Below, piece after piece: positions 26,240 through 40,988 of a stretch of 64,000 bases of DNA (positions are counted from its first letter, which is position 1; each line of letters opens with the position of its first letter). A model generated the notes under the pieces. The model was not told the origin of the DNA. It did not search any database and saw nothing but the letters and a program-made list of their open reading frames with translations. This DNA comes from Eledone cirrhosa. Its lineage: Eukaryota. Position numbers and translations under genes: made by a program. The stretch lies in assembly GCA_964016885.1 (NCBI GenBank), contig OZ024745.1, positions 118,110,001 through 118,174,000 of the forward strand, read 5' to 3'.

Positions 26240-26866
26240 CTAGCATTAAAGCTTGGCATTGCTCGGGGCCAGTAAGTTACCAAAGTTAGGTTGCACCACC
26301 CATTTTATGGCAGCACTTTTTTGTCTGCCAGGCACTGGTTGAATGAATTGCAGACCTGGACTGCCGAAGCTGGAGCTGCGCCAGCAGTGACAATTGTAGT
26401 TTGGATATTATCTCTGTGCAAAGAAGTGTTGAAATTTATTGTTTCACAGTACTTGCGCAACACGCGCGTAGACGATGCCAGCCGAACAACAGAGCTGCGA
26501 TGGAGTTGTTCAGCATGGTTGTCTAATGTGTGTTTTCTAAATTTAAGACAGTAGGGAGGGGTGTGATATGGGGGAGAGTTAGCTGCTGTTTCTAGCAGGT
26601 TTAGTGACCTCATAGAGGATATGTGTTTTCTAAATTTAAGACAGTAGGGAGGGGTGTGGTATGGGGGAGAGTTAGCTGCTGTTTCTAGCAGGTTTAGTGA
26701 CCTCATAGAGGATATTATTGTGTATAGTAAATAAACTGATACTTCTTTCTTCCACGTTCGTTGAGAGATGTTTTAAAAAAGATTTATCGCTATTTTTTTT
26801 GTTGTTGAATAAATTTATCTGTTGCTTTTGAATAATTGTTGTCCGTTCCACACTCAAAAACAAACG

Positions 26867-26899
<33 letters not shown>

Positions 26900-27265
26900 A
26901 CTCTCTTCTCTCTCTCTCTCTCCTTCATTTCTTTTTCTCTTCTTTCTTCCGATTTCCTAAAGGAAGTTTGTAAGGAGTGGTTTAAGCGTATATGAGAGAA
27001 AGTTGCAGCATGTATGTAGTTTTATCGAATTTTAAGGGGAGTAGAGAGAGGAAATCAGATTGTATTAGAGGTGTAAAGTGTCATGTATTTAGTTTTATCG
27101 ATTATTTCCGTAATTGTGGGTGAGTTGAAAACAAAAATAGTCGTTGACCTAAGTTAGACCATTTGCAACATTCATACAGACTGAGTCAAATGGGTTTAAA
27201 ATTGTGCAAATGTATAAACATGGAACATGCACACACACACACAACAACAATCTGCCTTTTATAGA
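26240..27265 (-). mobile_element. Probable non-autonomous Helitron
   Basis: The minus strand begins a|TCtataaaaggcag followed by a (TTG)/(TG) microsatellite and ends ccccgagcaatgccaagctttaatgCTAG|t. This fits 5'-TC, a degenerate subterminal GC hairpin, 3'-CTAG and an A/T insertion site. Confidence 0.5.
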
Positions 27266-28532
27266 TAATTGTTTCTACTTTAGGCACAAGGCCAGCAATT
27301 ATCCAGTGCATTACTGGTACTTTATTTTATCGACCCCGTAAAGATGAAAGGCAAAGTCAACCTCGGCGGGATGATGATGATGATATATATATATATATAT
27401 ATCATCAGCATCATCATCACCGTTTTTTGTCCATTTTTCCACGCTAGCATGGGTTAGACGGGTTGTCCTGTTGTGAGCAATGCCAGGTCGGGTGACCTTG
27501 TCTTGCTCATATGGGAACTGATTTTGGCTTGATTTTTACAGCTGGATGTCCTTCCTAACACCAACCTCATTTACAGTGAGTGCTGGATGCTTTTTTACCG
27601 TGGCGCCTACACAACTACTTTACACTGTGTGTTGGGTGCTTTTTTGTCGTGACACATCCATGACCACTTTACAGTGTGGGCTGGGTGCTTTTTTGTTGTG
27701 ACACCTGCATGACCACTTTGCAGTGGGAGGGGATGGGGGCATATTGTCTATATGATTCAACTGGAGACAATTGTTCCTGACAGGACCCACTGGAAGGAGT
27801 GTTTGAGTACTTTTCCCCCACGACCCTCCCAGAAATATGTGGGTGAAGAACTTTTGAAAAACTTTCCAGTGTATTCTCTAAAGATTAGTGCAGCAAATAT
27901 TGAATTATCAATAAATCATTTATATATGGCGGTGCCCCAGCATGGCCTCAGCCTGTTGGCTGGAACACGTAATAGAAAATAATTTAAAAAATATAAAATA
28001 ACTTGCAGTGTTTTAAACTGAATAGAATGCATTTCATGTAATCTGGCAAGGTCATTAAAATCATTGTTTGTAGCAGGCTTCAATTGCTGTATTTATAAAT
28101 AGATAAAATACTTTTATGGAAAAGTGAATAAACCACTGACATCAAGAAGCATAAAGAATACAAACTGATCAGCTGACAACATTTCTAATGAAATACACTC
28201 TATTTCAATTAATTAATGAAGAATTTTGAGGATACTAAAATTATTAATTATTTCATTACTAAGATAGTAACTTTATTTAAGGTTCTTATATAAAATTGTG
28301 TTGGAAGATTTTAATTTAAACTATTTCAATTAATTAATGAAGAATTGGGGGGGGGGGGGGGGGATTTACTAAAATCATTAATTATTTCATTATTAAGATG
28401 ATAATAATGAAGAAAATGTTTAATTTTTGTTAATGTTTTCATGAAACTGTCAAGCCACTAATACAGATAAATACTGAGTAAACCATTCAGAATGTCAACA
28501 CTACTACAGTGGACAGCATAGTTGGAAACCAG

Positions 28533-28825
28533 TTAACCCTTTCATGACTGCATTTCTAATGAAATAACTTTTTTTTAAATTAATTAATGAAAAATTTTGA
28601 GGGATTTACTAAAATTATTAATTATTTTATTACTAATATAAAATAACGTTGGAAGATTTTAATTTAAATTGGAAACCTTTAAAATGGGTGGTTTCATTTC
28701 ATAGAACCAGAGCTGGTTTTGGCTGAGTTGGTAATTAAGGGGTTACATTGGAAACCTTTAAAATTGGTGGTTTTATTTCATAGAACCAGAGCTGGGTTTG
28801 GCTGGGTTGGTAACCAAAGAGTTAA
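28533..28825 (+). mobile_element. Second TTAA/CCC-type MITE family with a duplicated right end
   Basis: Starts ttaaccctttc; the ~79-bp terminal segment is duplicated (28668-28745 / 28747-28825). Related sequence at about 5620-5830 and 28180-28400. Confidence 0.45.
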
Positions 28826-29227
28826 GAAGACAGGGAAGAAATGTCTGTGAAGGTCAATGATATATGAGAATCCTAAGAGAATGAATTTTAACATGTTAAT
28901 GAAGTTTCTTTTTTAAATATATGGTTTAACTGATCTTTTAACCTAAACAGACATGCTTCACAGTTAAACTCATCAGCAGTATTATGTGTGTGTCTATATA
29001 TATATTAACTGTTTCAAATCTTTATATATTTATATGATACAGATACTGTCATAATATATAATTAAATATAAAATGTCCCTGTTAGAGAAATTAGTGGAAC
29101 ATTGGAAGCAAGATAGAGTAGAGATATATCTTGTGACATGTTAGAACAGTCATAGGCAAACTGTGGCTTGTTTTGCTTTCTGAATGACATGCATAATTTC
29201 AAAATTTCCTTGAATTTTTTAGTAGTT

Positions 29228-29975
29228 CAGCTCACCTTATGACAAGCCACATCCTATGCAGCTCACCTTATGACGAGCCATATCCTATGCAGCTAACCTT
29301 ATGACAAGCCATATCCTATGCAGATCACCTTATGACGAGCCACATCCTATGCAGCTCACCTTATGACAAGCCACATCCTATGCAGCTCACCTTATAACAA
29401 GCCACATCCTATGCAGCTCACCTTATGACAAGCCATATCCTATGCAGATCACCTTATGACGAGCCACATCCTATGCAGCTCACCTTATAACGAGCCACAT
29501 CCTATGCAGCTCACCTTATAACGAGCCACATCCTATGCAGCTCACCTTATGACAAGCCACATCCTATGCAGCTCACCTTATAACGAGCCACATCCTATGC
29601 AGCTCACCTTATGACAAGCCACATCCTATGCAGCTCACCTTATGACAAGCCACATCCTATGCAGCTAACCTTATGACAAGTCACATCTTATGCAGCTAAC
29701 CTTATGACAAGCCACATCCTATGCAGATCACCTTATGACAAGCCACATCCTATGCAGATCACCTTATGACAAGCCACATCCTATGCAGCTAACCTTATGA
29801 CAAGCCACATCCTATGCAGTTAACCTCATGATGAGCCACATCCTATGTGGCCCACCTTATGACAAGCCACATCCTATGCAGTTAACCTCATGATGAGCCA
29901 CATCCTATGCAGCTAACCTTATGACAAGTCACATCTTATGCAGCTAACCTTAAGATGAGTCACATCATATACAGC
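29228..29975. repeat. 31-bp minisatellite, ~24 units
   Basis: Unit cagctcaccttatgacaagccacatcctatg. Confidence 0.97.
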
Positions 29976-30874
29976 CCACTGTCCAAGAATGGTTGCCTTG
30001 TCTTCGTGTAGTTTTAAAATAAGCATAGCAAATCATCTGATGGAGCCTGTCCTTTTTCAGTTACATTTCCTGAGAGGATGATTCAACATTGTAGGCTAAT
30101 GAAACTGTATGTCATCTTCCATCTTTATACACTGAATCCTGCTCAGCAGTGTATCACCAGTTATTATATACCTTTGTACTATCACATGTGAAAAACATCA
30201 TACTGAGATCTGTGTTTGTCAATTCTCGTTTTTTTCTGTTATAGGTAATTTTCATAAAGCATTTATTGTCAATTTTACAACACATGTTTATACTAGTGCA
30301 GTTGCCTCTTCAGCTTAACGATGTTCTACTTTTTATGCAAGTTAACATAACTCTTGGATATCCTTCAGAGAGTATACTCTTTTCCCTTGTGACTCTTGTT
30401 TGCTAGAGAATTCAGGTGAAAGTAGTTCTCGGGTGGAGACATGTTGCCACATACAATACATCATACATTAATTGCTGAGAGAGTTTTCTTTCTTTATTTA
30501 CTTGTAGACATACATACAACCACCAACTTCCTGTTAGGCTCCTTACTGAGGTTAAAGGAATGGTCAACAACAACCTGTAAAGTCATGATTTCTTCTCTTT
30601 TATAAGCCTCATGTGAAATGTACACAACACTTCCTTTTTTGACCAAATCATAAAAACCCTTTGGCATTTGCCTCATTTCTTTCAAAGTATTTCACATTTA
30701 ATATGTCTCCCTACCTTGGAGTGATTTCTTATACAAACTTCATAAGGTCTACATTTTGGGGAGAAACTTTTGTTATTTATACAGACAGCACTGTTTCTGA
30801 AGCTTCATCATTTTGCTAACAACCCAGACAATATCAGCTTTGGCTCTATGAAATAACCCATCCACCACCACAGT

Positions 30875-31090
30875 GGAGGCACGTGACCTTGTGGTAAGGG
30901 TGTTGGACTTACAATCATGTCATTGGTTCTATTCCAGGGCTGGGTTGTGTTCTTGAGCAAAACACTTCATTTCATGTTGCTCCAGTATACTCAGCTGAAA
31001 ATGAGTACGAGCAATAACTGGGGATTTAACCCTGCAATGGACTGGCGTCCTGTCCAGGGAGGAATCTTGTACTCTCAGTTGCTTCATACC
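30875..31090 (+). mobile_element. SINE family B head and CORE-like part with a different tail
   Basis: ggaggcacgtgaccttgtggtaaggg...cttgagcaaaacactt...; similar head at 18419-18547 (-). Confidence 0.65.
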
Positions 31091-31347
31091 ACATTGAAAT
31101 ATAGTATATTTCATTAGAAATATTTTCAGTTGTACTTAACCAATTTTCAGACAGATGTAATGAACTGTTTCAATGTTAAGTGAGTTATACATGTATATAG
31201 TACATAGAACAGACTATAGAATATAATTTGCTAACCTTTTTGGTTGAAAGTTGGATACATTTTTAACTTGACTAAATGTGTTTCCAAATAAAAGGATCCA
31301 TAGAACTTGTATTTGTTTCTAATCTGATTTCAATTGTGTTAGACAAT

Positions 31348-31610
31348 TGAGAGATCTCTCATTTGGGATAAATAGCTAGTCTATTACAGTTAACTTTACC
31401 TGTGGAAATTAAAATATTGAGAGATGACTCTCATTTGGGATAAATAGCTAGTCTATTGCAGGTAACTTTACTTGTGGAAGTTAAAATATTGAGAGATGAC
31501 TCTCATTTGGGATAAATAGCTAGTCTATTGCAGTTAACTTTACCTGTGGAAATTAAAATATTGAGAGATGACTCTCATTTGGGATAAATAGCTAGTCTAT
31601 TGTAGGTAGC
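31348..31610. repeat. 72-bp tandem repeat, ~3.7 units, unrelated to the 6-8 kb array
   Basis: ttgagagatgactctc recurs at 31417, 31489 and 31561. Confidence 0.95.
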
Positions 31611-33727
31611 TTCCTTTACCTATTGAATTCAGTATTGAAAATCAATGAAGCCCTCATTAATTCAATAATGCTGCTGTCACTTACAATGATGGACTATACT
31701 AACCATGAAACTTACGGATAGAGTCTGCACATTTGACAACTAAATGTCTTGGCCATGGTTCAATGGTAGTACTAGTGAGAGGGTCTAAACTTGAGAACTC
31801 TCTGTTACCTCACTCATCCTCTGCTTTTTCACATAATTTGACTTAGATATACTACAGTTTGTTTCTTATATGACTTCTTGAATGGTAAGTCAGTGAATAT
31901 AAACAGCCTAACACATTATATCCAGTAATGATTTAGTAGGAAATATCTTTAAAAATAGGTTTGTTAATTCAAATGTTTATAGTATCTTTACTAGTAAACA
32001 GATCATTGTGAAAACTAGCAGTGTTAGAGGAAAGGCTTTAATTCTTAATGTGATCTAGTCATAGAACAGTTTTATATATTTCAAGAATGTTTACTAATGC
32101 AATTTCATGTGGTACAGGACATTAAGAGTTAATAAAAATAGCCACCACACTGACAAAAGTGTTTTGTTATCTTGAACAAATGCTGGTATCAATGGATATA
32201 TTGAATAGTCACAAGAAGCCATACGGACATATAAATATAGTTGTCAGCTTGGCAATATATGTTAAATGGATTTGTGTTAAATCGCTCTCCTGCATAGGAT
32301 GGTAGTATATCATGTAATATTCCTAATAACTAGGTGAAGTGAGGAGTGTAGAAAACTGTCTTGCAAGGATTGATGGATGATGATGATGATGATGAAGACG
32401 ATGAAAGAGAGCAATAATCAGTAGCAGAAGATATGTGCCCATAATCCATGAGTTAGTGAGCTAAAACATCAGCCATTTAACCTTGGAAAGAAAAGAAAAA
32501 AAGAAGCATAAAAATATGAAACAAAATTAAAAATGACAGTACTTTATACATGCAAGGGATCAGGAGCTTCTTTGCCATGACAATTTAATGTGTTAATTGT
32601 TTCTAACTTTGGCACAAGGCCAGCAATTACTCCAATGTATTACTGGTACTTTATTTTATTGACCCTGTAAGGATGAAAGGCAAAGTTAACCTCAGCGGGA
32701 TTTCTACCAAAATCTTCAGCTAAGTTAAATCCTAGAGTCTTAAAGTTACTGAAACAGAGGGATGGATAAGTGGTGGAGGAGTAGATTTTGTCTAGATTAG
32801 ATGGAATGGAAAATTAAATACTGCTCTTGAACATGTAAACTGAGATATCTGGTTTGCTTTGAATAACTGTACCACGTACTCTTGGGTCCCAAAAAGTGTG
32901 GTGGTGGTGGTGGTGGGGGGGGGGGGGATAATTTTTGTAGTTTGTCTCCCTTAATTTTTTTTACAAACCAGAATTAGTCGTTTAGTTTACATATTGAGAC
33001 CCCAACCCTTCCTATTTATTTTATAACGTATGAGATTTCTTGTAATGTACCTTTTTGTCATGGATAATGTTTTTTTAATTTCTAAAGAAAATTAATTGTC
33101 ACAGGAATGCTACCATTATTCAAAACCCAAGAGTATATTTACTCCACTGATCCTACAGGTTCTTGTCTTTTATGATACATACATATTTATTTTATGCTGC
33201 TTACCCGGCCTGCTTGGATATGATACGTAATAACACCTTTTTGCCGTTGAATGTAAAAATACCAAACACTGCAGCATAGAACTGAATTTTTTTTAAACCT
33301 CTTTAAACCCAGCATCTCATCTTGCCATGAAATAATGACCAAAGAAGACAAATGACAGCTTACAGAGAGAGGAAGGGTTGAGTAGGAGAAGAATATAAAT
33401 GGTAGTTGAATACAATTGTTCTTCAGGTGAACACATACATGTATATTTGTATATGATATCTAGAAATGATTTACCACTGTCAGTACACAACTTTGATATA
33501 AGGTTGCTCAAATGCTTCATCTGTTCAGTCATTAATTTTGGAAACAAGAAATGGGCAAGAGTTAATTAAATAAAATATATGGTATTAGCATGCAATTTTT
33601 AAAAGAAGTAATTTTGTTAGACCCCGACTAGACAGGAAGAATCCCTTAGCTTGAAGTTAAAACATTTCTGAGCAATATATTTTGAATATACTACACAGGG
33701 CTCTAACAACATATTAAAAGTTTCAAA

Positions 33728-34255
33728 ATATCAGGAGCTGGTACAGTAATGTGCCAGCTTCAGCATTTAGTAATCAGAAGAAGGGAGGTGGGTGTAAAAG
33801 CCAAACTCGCTATCTTCAATTCGGTATTCCTGCCAACCCTTACCTATGGTCATGAATCTTGGGTAAAGACTGAAAGAATACAATCACAAAAATAAGTGGT
33901 CGAAGGAGTAATGTTACTCAATAGAGTGCTTAGCTTGAAGATCAGGGAGTCATTACAGGTAGAGCCGCTACTCCACCGAATTGAGAGATCGCAGCTCTGA
34001 TACTGTGGGCATGTAGTTAGAGTGTCTCAGGAAGGAATGGCTGGACAGATTTTATAGGTAAAAACCAACCAGCAGGAGACCCAGGAGTAGACCCCGAGCA
34101 AGATGGTTGGATAACATCCATGAGCTCAGCAGGTCTCGCTTGGGTACCCAGCCGGATCAGTTGGAAATGATTGCTTCTGACAGGACCCACTGGAAGGAGT
34201 GTTTGAGGACTCTGCCCCGACAATCCTCTCAGAAATAAGTGGGCAAAGAAGAAGA
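33728..34255 (+). mobile_element. Degenerate RTE-type LINE 3' part
   Basis: Homologous to 46980-47435 (ccttacctatggtcatgaatcttgggta = LTYGHESWV); (GAA)n tail. Shorter 3' pieces at about 20280-20380, 25610-26045 and 27755-27850. Confidence 0.75.
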
Positions 34256-34822
34256 AATATCTGGGCATTTTTTCTTTTCTAACTTTTTAAAGGTTTAAAA
34301 GTTAAACAAAATGAAAACACAAAAACAAAACAAAAAAATTTCAAAACAAATTAAAACCATTAATTTAATAAAAGAGGAACTTATCAAAATCACAGAATGT
34401 TTATTAGTTCAGCAGACTTAAGTTTCTCTTTGTTTATTTATATATATATGTGTATGTTTAAGTGAGCTCTTTAGTGAGAGTGCTGTTGATGTTGTTGTAT
34501 AACCAGTTGTTTGTTTATATATATGTGAAAACAGTTTTGAGGAAGGGAAAAAAAAATGTATATATAACAACAAAACAGAAAAAAAAGCACTCAAAACATT
34601 ATTCCTTTAAAAGAGTGCACATGCACACATCTGTATTAACTGAAAATGCACTAAAAAGGTGCAAATGGTTCAATGTAATGCAACTTCTATGGATGATATT
34701 AGGAAGAACAAGAGGATACCAGAAGCTGGCAAGCGAGCAAGCCGGCATTTAAAGTCTCTGAATCGTTGAACAATAAGGTTACTGGTTTGAATTTCATGCA
34801 TGTATGTGCAAGTTTGTATTAT

Positions 34823-35670
<848 letters not shown>

Positions 35671-36017
35671 ATAATATAGTCCTTGTAAATTTACGACTCA
35701 ATGATGCCAGCAATGAGGGCAGCATAAAGATCTGGTGCATTGCTCACTCCTTGGGCAACATTTACATGGTTGGATGGAGCCTACATATGAAGAGAACAAA
35801 ATCTGCTTATTTCCACAGGATGAAAGCACAAAAATGAAACAACTCAATATAGAATCATCCCACCCCCTACACACATATTTAAGAAGTTAAAAAAATAAAA
35901 AAAGCTATTGAGGTGAGTCCATGGTAGAATTTGGTACAACACATTCAAACAAACATTAGGACAAGAAAAAAGTTACATTGGTGAAGGGAGTTGTGATATG
36001 CTCACTTAATTGCAGAT

Positions 36018-36051
<34 letters not shown>

Positions 36052-36317
36052 CACTATCATTGACATATTTTTATTTGGGGTACATATAAAAAAAATATAA
36101 CAGTAAAATGAATAGTTCCCCATTCTAATTTTATCTTGTTTGTTTTAGAATTAACAGCCCTATTTTTGAAACTTAAACAGGAATGAAAACATATCCAGTA
36201 CCATCATCACCATCATCATCATTTGTATCAGTTAATGCTTAACTTTGGCTATTTATTCTGTAAAACCAGAATACTTACAGACCAGATATATTTAGCTTAT
36301 TCGTCACTACTAAAACC

Positions 36318-36512
36318 TTAACCCTTTAGCATTTAAACCAGCTGTATCTATCCAGAATTCTATCACCCCTTTCTGTTGAAACTGGCTGTAACTGGCCACT
36401 CATACTGATGTTAAGGTATTGTTCTCAAAATAAATAATATCAAAATCTCATAGATTCGATACCACGAAAATAAAATAGTATATATAGAGTAATGTAAATG
36501 CTAAAACCTTAA
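36318..36512 (+). mobile_element. piggyBac-like MITE
   Basis: TTAA-ccctttagcattta ... taaatgctaaaacc-TTAA. Confidence 0.7.
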
Positions 36513-37539
36513 CCTATAAAATATAACATAACACTTGTTACAACTTCTGTTGACATTATATTATACATTTTCAGACGTTTTTTACTTCAAAATCACTTCT
36601 TTCACATGGATTCCCTTCATTTGTATTAAATATCTCATTCACTTCACACCATTAGTTTTCATCACAGCCACTCTTTCCATTATCTATTCACACATATACC
36701 TAAATACATTTCTTCCCATTATACCTTAGTCATCATTGATCACTATTACGCAATATTTATTCATTCTATTTACATCAAACAACCCCACATTCTATCACAA
36801 GTACATATTATCTGACTTCACTTTTCCATTATTTAATTTCTCATGCCTCTACCTTGTTCTACCAGTAATTCTCAAGACTGAGTAATTTTTGTATGTGGTC
36901 ACTTTACAGGCTACTAAAGTAGCATGTAAATTTCTTTCAATAAGCTTTTTTCAGATCCATTTAAATAGAACCCACAGATTTTTATGTCCTTAGTATACTT
37001 TAAAAGACAGCATGGTCATGGGTATAAGTTTCTACAGTGAATGCTTTAATCTCTCAGTAAAGTCTGATGAAACAGAACTACAGTGAAATTGAACAATAAA
37101 CAACAACCTATAATTCTAACAAACATCAACTATTACATTTAAAGCCTTACCAAACCTATACAAATCTGAGTCCCTCATTTCATCATAAGCTCATACTACT
37201 ATATTGATTCCTTAACACTCCAGGTCAACTTGTCCAAGTCAGAGGGGGGTGACCCCTAAAGAAGATGTCCACATTCACAGGTCACCGCTCCACCCGCTCC
37301 ACCATCAGGTCTAGGTTCCAGCAACTCAAGACCCTCACGAGGTGACTGGGCATGATTGACGCCCACCCAGCCTTCTTCTTGTTGAGGAACTACTTTGCTA
37401 TGCTGAAGCTCTTCTATACCCTTCGCAGTGCTCTGTGTTACAGCCACGCATCTCTCCTCGCTGACTTTGACACTTGTATCTGAGCGGCACCTGAGGAGAT
37501 ATACAACATCAGATTTGATGACATTGGATTGTAACAGGC

Positions 37540-38190
37540 CACTTTACCTGTTAGATATGGTGACCTTGGCCCCTGGTCCCCGATCTCGCTGGCTTTGCAG
37601 GTGTTTGTTTTGTTGGTAACCTCATCAACAAGGTTTCCCTAAACACAATGGAGCCTACTGTAATCGAGGAATGTGAGGCAGCCCACAAGAGGTGGAACTG
37701 GCTTGGACTTGGCCCAGTAGACGTCCCTCCTCCTTCTCCCCTTGCTGACGTCATGTCCCTCCAGAGTATTTGGGGTGCCATACAGTGCAGCCTGGTCTCA
37801 GACAGGCTAGCGCAAGGCTTAGTAGCTGCAGGCTTCCCCTCCCAGCTTGAGCCGGTTGGGCTGGACCCGAGGGGATGGCAAAAGGCCAGACGGTATGACC
37901 ATCTTCCCATTCCGTGGTGGTAAAGGTAAATGCCTTGTCTGGGATGTCACTTGCAGCAACACATTCTCCAGCAGCAACCTGGTGCAATCTGCAACTAACC
38001 CAGGCTCAGCTGTACTTTGGGCTGAGGAGGGTAAATTCTCCAAGTATCGGTCGTTCCCCAACAGGTTTGCAGTTGAGCCCCTAGAAGTGGAGACTTCTGG
38101 TGTCCTTGGCCCTAGGGCTACCTTCCTACTTACCACCATAGGCGCTGAGCTGGCTAGCCACAGGTGTGAGCCTCACGAGATGGAATGGCT
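37540..38190 (+). mobile_element. Fragment of an RLE-type (CRE/R2-group) non-LTR retrotransposon, restriction-like endonuclease domain
   Basis: Frameshifted AAGFPSQLEPVGL / RGDGKRPDGMTIFPF..GKCLVWDVTC...AEEGKFSKY...PLEVETSGVLG, a PD-(D/E)xK RLE signature. LPVRYGDLG upstream; GC-rich island. Confidence 0.8.
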
Positions 38191-39202
38191 ATCCTCTAAG
38201 GAAACGCCTTCTCCATTCTGTCTGCCAGGGCCGTGTGGCGACCAGCACGTGGGACGCCATTTGCTCACTATACAGAGAGATGAGGAGGGTGAGAGAGATG
38301 GAGGCGATGACAGTGGGAGTTCGGCTCTTCTGTGTTTGAACTTTTCTCTTCTTTTGTATTTACCTTTTATGATTCATTTGATGTGACTCTAGGACACTTC
38401 AATACAGTCAATGATGTACTAAACTCTTACTTAATCTATTCGATTTACCTGCTAAATTTCTCTTTAACAAACTTCCTTACATTTTAAAATAAAAATAAAA
38501 AAAAACAATAAAATATTATTAAATTCTAGTTTGTTTTAAAGAACATCATAGCATATAAGTTAAATACAAGGGTCATAGCTAAAATACTGATGAAGCACTA
38601 CAATTTACCTCAGCTGATATGTTGAAGACCTTACATAATGGTTTCTAATTCTTATAGAAGGTGAACAATATTTGGAAGAAAAATCAATAAAATCACCCTC
38701 AGTACATTACCAGTATTTTGTTTTATTGGAAGATTAACGGTAAAGTTGACAGTAGCAGGATTTGAACCCAGAACATAAAAAGCTGGAACTAATACTGCTA
38801 AGCATTTGTCTGATGTCCTAACCACTGCCCTCCTTACACCAGTATAATAAGTATGATGCAGAATATGTGAGTGAATTGCTCCGATGGGTATTGTGTCATC
38901 AGTTTTTTCTGTTTAACTACCGAGGTCAACTTTGCCTTTCATCTTTTCAAGGTTGATAAAAAATTACTGGAGGGGGGGGGGGATTCTTCCTTTATATCTC
39001 TTTCTCACTTCCATTCTCTCACTCCATCTATCCTTCTCTGGAAGAAATCTGCTGAATTCAGGCCTGGAGAAGGTATGGGCTCTGCCAGGTTTTGAAATGC
39101 TGTATTTCAATATGGCACCTCTATGACACCTTCGGAAGTTACAGGACCATGCATACATGAATCTAATCCAATCAGTGATGACATGGACTACTCCTTAATA
39201 TC

Positions 39203-39234
<32 letters not shown>

Positions 39235-39681
39235 CTTTCTTTCCAAAGAATTCACTGTTTAGGAAATGAACAAAAGAAAAATAAGATACAAATAATCTCT
39301 CCATTGAACCAAAATAACCCCAGAAAACAAGGAAAACAAACAAACAAAAAATAACAAAGTAATGTGTGAAAAATACAAAACTAAGTGAATTGAAAATTAA
39401 GAATAAGTATTGTTCATTGGTTTTCATTTTCTAAATATTGTATTTCATCTGTATATTCTGTGATCATATCAACGATTTAAATTTTTTCATCGTTACATCA
39501 TGCTGAGTTTTTATTTAATGAATGAATCTTTATGCTAACAGATTTGTGTTCTTCCCTTAATAGCTTTTCTTAGCAACAGAGAGAAGTATGTGAACATATT
39601 TATTTTTTCTAGTTTTAATTTTAGTCATGAATAGTTTCTTGATGAGACAAACATTCAGAATTATAGTAAACAAATAAGAAA

Positions 39682-39766
39682 TATTGGGGCGTCAAGTATG
39701 AAATTTGTAGAAATTTATAGAAAAAACAAACAAATTTCTACAAATTTCATACTCGACGGCCCAGTA
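39682..39766. repeat. Short inverted repeat (hairpin)
   Basis: cgtcaagtatgaaatttgtagaaattt / aaatttctacaaatttcatactcgacg with a 15-nt loop. Confidence 0.85.
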
Positions 39767-40988
39767 ATAACATTATGAGAGTTTAATGACCTTTTCGGAA
39801 ATTACAAGTTATACAGCAACAATCCATGTTGCAGATTGAAAAGAAGGATGAAGAGAATGTTCTCTAATCTATGAGTTTAATTAACAAATCAATTAATTTG
39901 TTTCCTTCTTAATTAACATACCTGTTTTACGTCTAATCATAGAAACAGTTAAACATTAACTAAATGAGCAGCCATTACATATAGCAGAGTAAATAATTTA
40001 TTTTTCAAAGGAAAATGTGGTAATGACTTTGCTTTGAAGTCTTGGCTATAAAGCCACCTTTTCTAAGTGCCAGAAAAGGTGACTTTACAGCTGTAACTTT
40101 CAAGTCATTGACACTTTTTACTTTGAAAATTAAAATATTATGTCTTTATATATGAGAGAGAGAAATAAAATAGATCTGTTGCTTTCCAGTTATTAGATTA
40201 ACTAAATTGCCTACACATTTTGACTGAGTATTAGACAAACAGGCAGAACTATATTGAAATTCTCAGGCAGAATCAGCATGACACTATATAAAAATACAGA
40301 TACAGTCCATCCAACAGATTTCCTCAAGGTTTCCATCTATCCAATTTCACTGATAAGGCTCGGATCAATCAGAGGCTATGTTAAAATATATTTATTGATG
40401 ATGTCTTACAGTGAGATTGAACCAAAAGGACCTTATGATAGCAAAGTGAACTTACACAGTTTTGAGATTGCCATTACTTATGTAGATATTTTTACAGTCT
40501 CGTTGATATCATTTCAACTATTATTTTATTGTTGTTAATTCACTGTTGCCCGAGTTCTTGTCTTACTGGGCCTAATATACCAGTTAATGTCATTGTGATA
40601 AATTTATGAATAAGTCACTTAACCCTTTTAGAGCTGGATTTAGATTTAAATGCAAGGAGATACAGCTCACAACAGTAAAAGATTAAAACCCCTCAAATCT
40701 TGATGGAGCCATAAAGGTGCTGCCTTGACATACATCTTGAGCAATTTAAACCTGGCATCCAACCCATTTTGAAAAGGGGGCTGAGAATTGATCCCCACAA
40801 CTGGATCGGCACTCAATCGACTTCAAAAGAATGAAAGGCAAAGTTGACTTTAGCAGGATTAGAACACTGTGTGGAGTGAACCAGAACAAATACTGAACCA
40901 TTGTTTATCTAATGCCCAAATCATCATCATTATTGTCATCATGATCATCAACATCACCATTTAACGCCAATTTTCTCATGCTTGCGTG

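Noticed and set aside
29228-29975. CRISPR-like 31-bp repeat array
   Set aside because: Units are head-to-tail with no unique spacers, there are no cas genes, and the context is eukaryotic. The same holds for 63410-63740.
30494-30685. 63-aa minus-strand ORF of ordinary composition
   Set aside because: No recognisable motif or clear splice sites; possibly decayed TE sequence.
32260-32481. Possible minus-strand exon after a strong acceptor (ttcttttctttccaag)
   Set aside because: All three frames stop within 7 codons and I recognise no homology; it could be a UTR or terminal exon but I cannot support it.
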